Positions 19,785-29,771 are shown, numbered from the stretch's first letter. The stretch is 36,012 bases of DNA from Prasinococcaceae sp. CCMP 1430 (GCA_013416795.1 RQSC01000678.1:1-36012); one strand, 5' to 3'. Notes: generated by a model from the sequence alone, not told the origin. Numbers and translations: made by a program.

Positions 19785-21395
19785 TCACAGAGATAGCTTG
19801 TTGGGACATCGAATCGTGCGCGGCGGCTTCTCCTCGGCGATTGAAGAGCCCCCCGACACCGTGCTCGGAGTCGACGCCCCGTTCGACCACACCAACCGCT
19901 CACCCGCTATGATCTTTCGCGTCGCCCTCAGCTGCAGTGTGGCCGTGGTGGTGTCGTCCGAGCGGTGCACGATGGAGAGATCGAGGTTCGGGGCGACGCG
20001 CGGGGCGAGCACGCCTTGGTCGGCGTCCGAGGGCGCCGCACGTTCGACGAAGCGGCTCTCATTGCCGCAATGGCGAGCGTCGAGCCACGTCGTTGAGTTC
20101 ACGCGATATATGTGCGCGCTGTCGAGCCTCGCGTCGACGGGATACTTGTTGCGCAGGATGCCAACCACATCAATCACGGTCTTCCCCGCCGCTATGTCGG
20201 TCTTGGCCACCGCCCCCGACTTTGCGCCGTCGAAGCATATGCGCACAAACGGCGACGGGACGCACTCAGAGGCGTTCCTCTGATAGAAAGCCGCAATCTC
20301 CTCGGGCGTCGGCAGGTGTCCCTTGATCCTCGCCATCGAACAGCCACTGATGAAGGCCAGGCCTGCGGGCCACTGCGGCGGCGGCGCCACCTGTGGCACG
20401 GCCTGGCGCGCGATGTCGACCGTCCACGGAATGACGTCGTCGCGGGTGGCGCCATGGCGCTGCAGCTGCAGGTGTTTTTCAACGTTAACGTTGTCGTCGG
20501 CGTCGAGCAAGCCCAGGCTTGCCAGGGACGCCTTGTACGACCTGGCGCGCTGCGGTGCGAGAGCTAGCTCACTGAGCTTCTCCATGTCCACCGTGCTGTC
20601 GGGCTTCATCAGCCCTAGCCTTGCCAGGGCGTCCGCCCACGAGGCCACCGCGCCGACGACCTCCACAGGTGCCTTCGGCGGTGGCGGCGGTCCTGTCGCT
20701 TCCTGCCCGTGCCGCTGCTCGTCTGCCCCGCCATGCTCCGCGCGCCAAGCCGCGTCGGCAAGGGCGTTCACCGCCACGCGTGCCGCCTTTGCGTCCTCGT
20801 CACCCGTTTCGCGCTCCTCGAGGAAACTGCCGACTGCGCCCTCCACACCCAGCGTCGGCACGCCGAACGGAAACCCACGCCTCTCGGCCTCGATTTCCGC
20901 AGCGACCGCGCGCGCCCCCCCCTTGAAGTCCAGCCGCCCCGGGGCGGGCAACTCATCGTCTGAATCTTCCGATTCGTCCAGCATCAGCGCGGTCGCCGCC
21001 GCCACCCCCTCGCTCGCCTTGCGCTTCTTCCCAGGTGACCGCAGCACGCCGTTGCTTTCGGCGGCGCGCTTCTTGGCCTCCTGTTGCTTGGCCGCCGCCC
21101 GAATGCGCTCGCCCTTGGTCTCGTGACCGATGTACTTGCCGAAGTGCACCCAGCCGGAGCCGTCCCAGACGAAGCAGCTCTTCAGCGCGTTGCGGAAGGA
21201 GCTCCCAGTGAGCCTTTCGAACTTCGACGCCGTCCCCTCGTAGACCTTGGAACCCGCCGGGACAGGGAACCGCGCGAAGCCTGGTGTCCATTGCACCGTG
21301 CGCGCCTGCGGTTCGACGAGCTTGCAGTAGCACCACTTGCCTGTTGCGCCGCGGCAGCGCATGGTCTCACCCACCACATAGGTCGACTCGGCCAT
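19785..21395 (-). CDS. Nuclear protein with N-terminal SAND-like segment, basic NLS and C-terminal degenerate SET domain
   Basis: SET-like blocks GAVAKTDIAAGKTVIDVVG, WLDARHCGNESRFVER, PNL and LQLRATRKIIAGERLVW. NLS SPGKKRKAS. ATG at 21395 (MAESTYVVGE). Confidence 0.7.
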   Translation of the reverse strand: MAESTYVVGETMRCRGATGKWCYCKLVEPQARTVQWTPGFARFPVPAGSKVYEGTASKFERLTGSSFRNALKSCFVWDGSGWVHFGKYIGHETKGERIRAAAKQQEAKKRAAESNGVLRSPGKKRKASEGVAAATALMLDESEDSDDELPAPGRLDFKGGARAVAAEIEAERRGFPFGVPTLGVEGAVGSFLEERETGDEDAKAARVAVNALADAAWRAEHGGADEQRHGQEATGPPPPPKAPVEVVGAVASWADALARLGLMKPDSTVDMEKLSELALAPQRARSYKASLASLGLLDADDNVNVEKHLQLQRHGATRDDVIPWTVDIARQAVPQVAPPPQWPAGLAFISGCSMARIKGHLPTPEEIAAFYQRNASECVPSPFVRICFDGAKSGAVAKTDIAAGKTVIDVVGILRNKYPVDARLDSAHIYRVNSTTWLDARHCGNESRFVERAAPSDADQGVLAPRVAPNLDLSIVHRSDDTTTATLQLRATRKIIAGERLVWSNGASTPSTVSGGSSIAEEKPPRTIRCPNKLSL

Positions 21396-22602
21396 CGCAA
21401 GCGCCACCGCCTGCGGGCGCCGCCGCGCCGGGCCCGCGTGCGAACAACTCGTGGGAGCCGCCGCGCTGCCAAGCGCACCGTGTCCCACTTCCGCGCGCTC
21501 CGCGTGCACCGGCGGGCCGCGCGCACCCGAGCCGCCCGCCTTCCTCTCCGCGCTTCGGGGCCTTCACCCTTCCGCGACGCACCCCCCAGTGCGCGCGCTC
21601 TGACGCCCCTCCCCTCCCCCACCCCCACCCGGCCCCCTCTACCTCCCCCCCCCGGGCCGGGTGCACGCTGGCCGCCGCGCGCCCCCGGGCACATGGTCAG
21701 ATGGGGAGGCGTGAGGTGCTCGCGCACGACGTGTGCCGTGGCTTCGAAAGTCTCGGCGGTTTTTGGCGTGGATTCCGCACGCCCCTCGACGTGCGCGCCT
21801 CAAAACGAACGCATTCTCACCTCTTTCGCCCCTTCACCAACTTCGGATACCGCATCGAAAATGCGGATGCACGGGTTCCGCTGGTGCGGCGCACCGCGTG
21901 TGGCCAGGAGCTTTCCGGAAGGCGCCGCGAACGCGCGGGCGGCCCGCGCGCGCCGGGTGGCGCCGCATGGACCGGATGCGTGTTCCACGGATTTGAAATG
22001 GGTCCGCCCGGCGGCGCGGGCCGCCGGGCGCAGTGTCGACGCCGGCCGTCGGGAACGGCTGGCGCGCACGTTCGGAATTTGCGCCTCTTGCGCACCGCCC
22101 CACACTTTCGAATTCAACGTGACCATGGAAATAAACCCTCTTTTCGGTGATGCGGCCCTATCTTCCGGCGTGGGTATGGGTATGGGTTTGATGGTGGGCG
22201 CGCTCGTGCGCTCGCGCCGAAAAAATACGCGCGCCTGTCGGCGCTGCATCAGCGCACTCGCGTGCGTCGTGGCGCGTGAGCGGACGACGCACGCTGAACA
22301 CGCGACAGCGCCTCGTGGATGCGCCCACTGGTCGTGTCATCGTGCAGTAGTAGTACCGCTTCGCAGGAACGCTTCGTACTGTGCTGGAGCTTGTTGCGTC
22401 AGCAAAGCAGATGGTTGAAGTAGCCGTCAACAATCAGACTCCGGAGCTAGAGTGGCTATGCGTCCGGCACACTACTACAGTGTGTGTGTGGGGATGGAAA
22501 TGTACAAAAGTGCGAATTTACTAGAAGAAGAAGAATGGATGGCTCGTGGCGTGACTCCACGCGATGCGCGTTTTGAGTCGGCAACGGCCGCCTTGCAGGT
22601 CG

Positions 22603-24693
22603 CTATTGAGGCGCGACCGAGCCAGGCGGCAACGCCGGCGATGGCGCCATTGTGGAGTTCGGCAGACCAATCGGGGACATTCCAATGCCAGCGTGAGCCA
22701 CATCGGAAAATTGCGCCAGCGGATTTTGCGCCTGCAGCGCTCGCTGCTGCGGCTGCAAGACCGCTTGCCCGTGCATCATCTGCGACAGCAAGAGCTGTGT
22801 TGACGCCTGCGGCCCTGCTGTCTTGCTCGAGCGTGCCAGGTTTGGTACCTGGTTGTGTGCGGCAAGGTGTGCCACCGGCGCGCGCATCCCCAGCGCCTGT
22901 GCCGCCACCGCATTCTGTCCGAAAGTTTCACTCGTCGGCGGGGGACCCCCCGCCCCGCTGTTGGCCAGCATCGCTTGCAGCGCCTGGTGCTGCATTGATT
23001 CGCTCTGCTGCTGGCCTGCTTCGTAAGCCAGCTGCAAACACACGGACAACAGTGCGCTGTCCGCGTTGGGCATGACCTTGCATGAATTCATCAGGTGCAC
23101 CAGCGAGGAGAGCGGCACAAATGCATTGGTGTCGTTGGTCGCCGGCGGTAGAAACTGTGAGCCCGGGGGGAGCGCAGCATGCACACCCTCAAGCGCCGCG
23201 TTCTCGTATGAGCGATTGTCCTTCAAACTCTTTCGCCCCCGCGTGCCCCCCTCCAGGCTCCCCGACGGGCGCCGCCTGCCAGAGCCCCTCCTCGACTTGC
23301 CGCCCGCACCCGCATCGCCGCCGTGGGCGCCGCCTACGTCGGCACCGCTCGGCGCCGCGGCAGGCCCCGCGCCGCCCGCCTGAGCACCTCTGGCGTCACC
23401 GCCAAACTGCTCGCCTCCTGCCTTCATGGCGGTGATGTAGTCGCGAAGGACGGTGGACCTAGGCACGGTCCCGGTGTGCCGCCTGGCACGGTTGTCCTTG
23501 CGGCGCGTCGTCGAGTTCCAATGATTCTTGATCGCGTTGTCCGTACGCCCCGGCAGGCGCTTCGCGATCTCGGCCCACTTGTTGCCCAGCTCGCGATGAG
23601 CGTCCACGAGCGTCTGCTCCTCCTCCTCCGTCCACTCGCCGCGTTTGATGTCCGGCTTGAGGTGGTTGTGCCAGCGCTCGCGGCACTGCTTGCCCATTCG
23701 CCCAGGCAGGTGCATCGCGATGGTGCTCCACTGCTGCGGCGTGAATCTGTGCGTGCCGGAGGTGGGGTGGGGTGTTCGGGGAGGGGTGTCAGCTCACACC
23801 TACACATGCACGGCGCGTTCGCCCGCTCTGATTTTCGCGCGGATCATCCGCCTCCGCCCCTCCGCCCCCACCCCCCCCGAGCGCGTGCGCAGGCCAGCGT
23901 CCCGTCCGGGACGCGCGCGCGCCCCTCCGGAGCGCCATCGGCCCCATCCCCATCCGCGTCCGGTCCGCGCCCCACCGACCGCGCGCGCCGGCGTTACTTG
24001 GGCCGCGCGCAATCACGCACACGCAAACCGCCGGCGGATGCGCACGCCGTTTCTTTCCCCTCCCACCGCACTCAAAGTGATGAGGGGTCAAATTCGCCGC
24101 GCGCGCGGTTCGCCGCCCGGCGCCGTTTTTTTCGTTACGCGGCCCGCCCCTCGCCCCGGCCGCGTTCCCCCTCGCCGGCCGAGAGAAAAAAACATTCTTT
24201 TTCCTTTTCCCGTTGAGAATTCCGCCCGAATTCGGCCGCAAAAAAAGAACTTTAAAAAAAAACAAAAAAAAAAAAAAAANNNNNNNNNNNNNNNNNNNNN
24301 NNNNNNNNNNNNNNNNNNNNNNNNNNNNNNNNNNNNNNNNNNNNNNNNNNNNNNNNNNNNNNNNNNNNNNNNNNNNNNNNNNNNNNNNNNNNNNNNNNNN
24401 NNNNNNNNNNNNNNNNNNNNNNNNNNNNNNNNNNNNNNNNNNNNNNNNNNNNNNNNGCGCCGCCCGGCCTGCGGCCGGGGCGGGCGGCAAAACAAAACGC
24501 GCGCAGGCGAGCGCTGGCGGCAGCAGGGTCGCTCGGCGGGCGCTCTGCCGCCGCGAGGCGCGACGCACTTGGCGACGAGCTCGCGGAGCTGAATGTCCTC
24601 CTCTTCCGTCCACTGCCCCTTCCGCTCCTCCACGGGGGCCATGTTCGAGCACGCGTAGTTGTCCTCGCTGGCCCTCTCGTCGTCCGGTGCCAT
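22603..24693 (-). CDS. R2R3 MYB transcription factor with c-Myb-type R2 ([12 protein letters not shown]); exons 24693-24569 and 23746-22603
   Basis: The GT(24568)..AG(23747) intron joins [18 protein letters not shown] to [43 protein letters not shown]...[13 protein letters not shown] in frame (1269 nt). The intron contains an N-gap. The start could be 24642, 24693 or a further upstream exon. Confidence 0.9.
24280..24456. other. Assembly gap (other gaps: 29447-29507, 31357-31871, 34741-35149)
   Basis: Runs of N flanked by homopolymers or microsatellites; true gap sizes are unknown. Confidence 1.
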
Positions 24694-25343
24694 CACGCGT
24701 GCCGCCGGCCACCGCGCCGCACTCGCGCTCGCAGGCGCCCTCCGCCCGCTTGCGGGCGCCCCGGTCCCCAACCCTCCCCTTTCCACCGCCCGACTCCGAG
24801 CCCCTTCCACCCACGCGCGAGGTCGCCGCCAGCTCGGCCCCCGCCGCGCCGCGCGCGCGCGCTCTGTGGCCGCCGCGCCCCCCGCCGCCCCCGCGATGCC
24901 GTTTTCCTGTTCGTCGTCGTCGTACGTGTTCGTGCTCGCGGCGCGCACACCAGGTCGCACACCATCCCACGACGAGGCTTCGCAACGTGTAACGACCGAC
25001 CGATCATGCCACAGGTGGTCGGTACCGGTCGCACCCGTTGTCGCATGGATCGCCAGCCAGGTTACGCGCGCGCGCGCGTAACGGCCGCGCCCCGGCCGCG
25101 GGACGCACCGCCATCATGTCATCATCCAGGCGTTTCGATGCAGGACACGCCGCCCGCAGCTTCCCGCAGAAGCTTCCTACGCACCCCTCTCCGGCGGCGA
25201 AGGGGCACCTCGCCCTCATCAACTGTAGGTTCGCCTCCATTTCATGTGACACACGCCAGTGCCAGCGCAGCACGTGGCTCCCGTGGGATTTTTGTTCCTG
25301 TTCGTCGCGCGGCCGCCGCCGCGCGCGCGGCGCCGCGGTTCCG

Positions 25344-25362
25344 AACCCTAAACCCTAAACCC
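25344..25362 (+). promoter_or_regulatory. Interstitial plant-type telomeric motif / telo-box (AACCCTAAACCCTAAACCC)
   Basis: About 2.7 copies of CCCTAAA upstream of the MYB gene; function not demonstrated. Confidence 0.5.
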
Positions 25363-25886
25363 GCAGGGCGACGCGCGCCCGCGGGCGAGCCGGGACGCGT
25401 CGGAGGAACGCCCGCGCGCGCGGAGCCGGCGGGGGGGGCGCACGAGCAGCGCGACGCGCAATAAGGGTCGCCATGTAGGGTCTATCAAAACCGGAGCCCA
25501 CTCACAGTCGAGTCCCATTTCGGGTTGCGATTTGGGGTTGGACGCCGCGCGGCGCTGGCCGCGCGCCCACCGACACTGTGGCGAGGCCCTCGATGCACCT
25601 CGGCGGCGGCGTCGCGGCGGGCAACCAATGCGATGCCGGGCCGGGCGACGCCGCAGCGCTGCCGCACTCAGCCGGTGGCCGCTGTGCGGAGAGCTCGAGC
25701 GCACGCTCGACATGCATGATGAATGTGTATGTTACACGGTGTGGCACCATCGGGCTCACAACGAATAGACGGCAGGCGTGCAGCCGAGCGACAAAAATCA
25801 GAAGCTCGCGACACGGTGAGTAGGCTACATAGCGCAGTCGATCAGCGAGACAAGCCCGCGACTCCCGCTCGTGAGCGTTCCTGGCC

Positions 25887-26809
25887 TTAGTCCGCGACCC
25901 TCTGAAAGAAGCTTTCGAGAGTGCGCTGCGTCTTGGGCTTGCCGTCATCGGCGTCCGCGTGTGCGAAGCCATGGGCGCGCGCCGGAGGTGTCGACGCGGG
26001 TGATTCCATGGAAATGTCCTTTGCGCCCGCACCCACCGAGCTTTCTCGCAGCCCGTGGGAAGAGGGCGTCGGTTGCGCTCCCGGCGACCGCTCGTGAGGA
26101 CGCGAGGGCGAGTCGCTGAGGAAGGCATGCTTGGCGCGCAGCGCTTCCATGGCTCGGCGCTTGCGCTGCCTGCGGCACCGAAAGCGACGCCACGCGCACC
26201 GCAGGCACACGTCAGCCTCGCGGTCGCGCGTTGCGCGCGTGCGCACGGCGGCGGGGAGCAGGGATGCGCGACGGCGCGGCGCGCACGCGCAACGCTCGCG
26301 CACCTGAACGCGAGCATGTTCAGCTGGGGGACCTGCGCCTCGGTCGCGGCGGCGCCCAGCGGGCTTGCCTGCGGGGGCGTCACGTAGCCGTCAGACGCGA
26401 ACGGATGCGCCCCCAGCGCGCTCGCCCGCTCGGCCGGCGCGGAGCCGAAGTCGACCCACACGCTGCCATCGCCATTCACAGCGACTGGGAAGACTCGCTG
26501 CATTTTCTCGACAACGTGCTCCACTCGGCGCTCGTCCAGGCCCGTGTCGACGCACGCTCCGGTCGCGAGGTCAATCCGTCGCTTGTGTGCCGGGCATATG
26601 ATGACGTGCCGCCCGCCGAGCTCTTCTATGTCACCCGGTTCGAGTGAGTGGCCCATATGGTGACATCTCGCCTCGACCGCGCGCAACTGGCCGCCCGCGA
26701 CAATCACGAGCGCGGTGTCGCCAGCAGGTCCGGACACGCACTTGCGCGCGCCCTCTCTGTCAAACTCGGACACAAAGCCGACGCGGACAGTGCTCGCTGC
26801 CGCAGCCAT
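25887..26809 (-). CDS. Soluble Rieske [2Fe-2S] domain protein (RFESD-like) with C-terminal tail, 262 aa; exons 26809-26304 and 26169-25887
   Basis: Rieske boxes RCHHMG (C-x-H) and ICPAH (C-x2-H) in the context GDIEELGGRHVIICPAHKRRIDLATG. The GTGCGC(26303)..CAG(26170) intron restores frame (789 nt). TAA at 25889-25887. Confidence 0.85.
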
Positions 26810-27561
26810 TGGCCCTCCCCACCGCCGTCGCCCGATAGGGCGTGCGCCTGTGCTTCGGTCCACCCCCAGCCCGGCCGCGCGAGCGCGCGCGGCGCCCCTC
26901 CGTACCGCGTGCGCTCTTGCTCGGCGCCGCTCCTCGCCGCCCGGGGCCGCACCCGCGCCCGCGCCCGCGACCGTGCGCGCGGAAGTCGCGCCCCTTCCTT
27001 CCGTCAGACCCGCGATCACCTCCTCCGCCAGCGACCAGCAACGCACCCACCCCGTCGCCCTCGGCTCGCCCCGCCCCCCCCCCTCCCGCGACGGCGCGCG
27101 CTCTGTGGCGCGACGCGACGCCTTTGCGCGGCATGCGAAAGGAAAAAGCGGCGGCAAAAACGACGCCGCGAGGCCTCGCGCCGATGCCGAACCACCGATC
27201 CATCCGATCCACCGATCCCTCCCATCGATTGATCCGCCCCGCCCCCGCGCGCGCGCGGCTGCGGCGGCGGCGGCGCGCGCGCACACCTGGAAATAGATGG
27301 ACGGTTTCCCCGAGCGCCCAGGCCGACCTCGGGCGCGCCACGCCAGGCCCGGGCTGGCTGGCTGGTGACGATGGGGGGAGGCGAGGCATGCGCGCAATGG
27401 ATGGGAGTTGATGTGTGTGTGTGTGTGCCATCATTCATCACTAACTCTCACGTGCACATGCCGCCGGGCGCGCGCGCGCCACGCATCGGCATCGAGAAGA
27501 TAACGTGAGGGTGTGGCGCGTGCCGCGCGGCGCGGAGTGCGGGCGAGCGGGGAGGGTGTGT

Positions 27562-27885
27562 GTGGGGGGTATCGGTGGGCAGCGATACTGTACTCGTGTG
27601 CTGTGTGATGCTCGTCGTCGACGTCGGACTGTCGCTGCCGTCTCCTGCGCACGCCGTGACCGACGCCGCCTGGCCGGAGCAGCCTCTCGAGGCAGTCGAC
27701 GCCACCTGCGAGGTGGGGAAAGGGTGGGGGGTATCGGTGGGCAGCGATACTGTACTCGTGTGCTGTGTGATGCTCGTCGTCGACGTCGGACTGTCGCTGC
27801 CGTCTCCTGCGCACGCCGTGACCGACGCCGCCTGGCCGGAGCAGCCTCTCGAGGCAGTCGACGCCACCTGCGAGGTGGGGAAAGG
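27562..27885. repeat. Perfect 162-bp tandem duplication (27562-27723 and 27724-27885)
   Basis: Both copies run from gtggggggtatcggtgggc to gaggtggggaaagg. The duplication is also seen as exact 54-aa repeats in all reading frames of the ORF track. Confidence 0.92.
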
Positions 27886-27934
27886 TAGCTGAGTGTCACC
27901 GAAACGATCTTACTTGTTCTTGTCCGCGCTCTTA

Positions 27935-29239
27935 CTATCGAGCAGCAGCTGGATGCACTCGCGCGTGCGCCGATTGAGTGCTCCAGTGCGCTCGAGTGGA
28001 TCGACTCTGGACTTCGCGCGAGCGCAAGCGCTTGTATATGCCAGGTAATCCTAACGTGAATCGCCACACGCACACCGTGTTGTCGTCGCTCGCTGACGCC
28101 AGGCGCGAGCCGTCCGGGCTCCATGCCGATTTCACGCCGTCGACGCGTCCCACACGCGCACCCCCCCGCTCCTCCCCCATCAACGCGTCCCACACGCGCA
28201 CCGTCCCGTCCGCGCTCACAGACGACAGCCGCGAGCCGTCCGGGCTCCAGCACACCGATTTCACGCTTTCGCTATGTCCCTCGAGAACCTGCACCGCCTC
28301 GCCGGTTGACGCGTCCCACACGCGCACTGTCTTGTCCAAGCTCGCCGACGACAGCCGCGAGCCGTCCGGGCTCCAGCACGCCGAGAGCACGCGATCGCTA
28401 TGTCCGCCGAGCACGTGCACTGCCTTGCCGGTCGACGCGTCCCACACGCGCACCGTCGTGTCGTAGCTCGTCGACGCCAGGTGCGCGCCGTCCGGGCTCC
28501 AGCACGTCGAGACCACATAAGCCTTGTGTCCCTTGAGCACGCGCACCGCCTCGCCGGTCGATGTGTCCCACACGCGCACCGTGTTGTCCGAGCTTGCCGA
28601 CGCCAGGCGCGAGCCGTCCGGGCTCCAGCACCCCGAGGACACACTAACCTCGTGTCCCTCGAGCACGTGCACCGCCTTGCCGGTCGACGCGTCCCACACG
28701 CGCACCGTCCAGTCGGTGCTCCCCGACGCCAGGCGCGACCCGTCCGGGCTCCAGCACACCGAGAAAACGATTTTGCTATGTCCCTCGAGCACGTGCACTG
28801 CCTTGCCGGTCGACGCGTCCCACACGCGCACCGTCCTGTCCCAGCTCGCCGACGCGAGCCGCGAGCCGTCCGGGCTCCAGCACGCCGAGAACACAAAACG
28901 ATCGTGCCCCTCGAGCACGTGCACTGCCTTGCCGGTCGACGCGTCCCACACGCGCACCGTCTTGTCGTTGCTCGCTGACGCCAGCCGCGAGCCGTCCGGG
29001 CTCCAGCACACCGAGCATACGCCCTCCTCGTGTCCCTCGAGCACGTGCGCCGCCTCGCCGGCCCGCGCGCCCCACACGCACATCACTCGCGAGAGGTCCA
29101 TCGCTCGACCAGGCCCGCCTAGCGCCTGGCGCATGGTCCTCGCCGACGCGGCTCCCGAGGGGCGAGTGTCGCCGCCGCCGCCGCCGCCGCCACCGCTGCT
29201 GCTACCGCCGCCACTGCCGCCCGCGGCGCCTTCGGCCAT
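27935..29239 (-). CDS. WD40 protein with seven near-identical 42-aa repeats plus a scrambled eighth; 5' and 3' ends uncertain
   Basis: Repeat consensus AVHVLEGHxxxVxSxCWSPDGSRLASASxDxTVRVWDASTGK with a 126-nt period. ATG at 29239 (MAEGAAGG). Confidence 0.82.
   Translation of the reverse strand: MAEGAAGGSGGGSSSGGGGGGGGDTRPSGAASARTMRQALGGPGRAMDLSRVMCVWGARAGEAAHVLEGHEEGVCSVCWSPDGSRLASASNDKTVRVWDASTGKAVHVLEGHDRFVFSACWSPDGSRLASASWDRTVRVWDASTGKAVHVLEGHSKIVFSVCWSPDGSRLASGSTDWTVRVWDASTGKAVHVLEGHEVSVSSGCWSPDGSRLASASSDNTVRVWDTSTGEAVRVLKGHKAYVVSTCWSPDGAHLASTSYDTTVRVWDASTGKAVHVLGGHSDRVLSACWSPDGSRLSSASLDKTVRVWDASTGEAVQVLEGHSESVKSVCWSPDGSRLSSVSADGTVRVWDALMGEERGGARVGRVDGVKSAWSPDGSRLASASDDNTVCVWRFTLGLPGIYKRLRSREVQSRSTRAHWSTQSAHARVHPAAAR
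28081..29080 (-). repeat. 126-nt tandem coding repeat array (WD40 units)
   Basis: The recurrent plus-strand block gacgcgtcccacacgcgcaccgt...gagccgtccgggctccagcac has a 126-nt period. Confidence 0.92.
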
Positions 29240-29507
29240 CTTCGAGTGCACGGCGAGTGCGCGCGTCCGGAGCGGCAGTCGACTCGGCAGGCGCGGCCGT
29301 CGCAGGGGGCGAACGCCACCGCGCGCACAGTGGGGCGCGCCGCGCTCTGCGCGCACCTCCGCCGCGCCGCGCTCGCGCGCGCAAAAATATGCTGTCACAT
29401 CGGTGGCGGCAGGCGCCCACAAACGCTACATCAAAACGCATGCAGCNNNNNNNNNNNNNNNNNNNNNNNNNNNNNNNNNNNNNNNNNNNNNNNNNNNNNN
29501 NNNNNNN

Positions 29508-29604
<97 letters not shown>

Positions 29605-29615
29605 CGCGCGCGCGC
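29508..29615. repeat. (GT)n microsatellite (29508-29596) running directly into (GC)n
   Basis: Directly visible, abutting the N-gap at 29447-29507. Confidence 0.95.
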
Positions 29616-29771
29616 ATATGATCGCGTGCAGGTGCGTGTGGAGGCGCGCGTGTGAGTGCGAGTGATGGTCTGCGCGTCAGCGTGTGCCTGCATTGGTGCG
29701 TGTGTGTGTGTGTGCGTGTGTGCGCACGCGCGTTTGCCTGCGCGTGCGCGCACGAGTGCGTGCGCCCGTAC

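Noticed and set aside
25300-25500. Telomerase RNA with CUAAACCCU template
   Set aside because: The tract is about 2.7 repeats, longer than a typical template, and I see no USE/TATA promoter upstream or T-run terminator downstream.
25502-27397. Single 631-aa ORF as the Rieske gene
   Set aside because: Only 26809-26304 is protein-like. The upstream part is GC-rich UTR or promoter, and the downstream part reads through an intron into the wrong frame.
28081-29080. Regular direct repeats with variable intervening bases, superficially CRISPR-like
   Set aside because: The period is 126 nt, in frame, and encodes WD40 units. There are no unique spacers or cas genes, and the context is eukaryotic.
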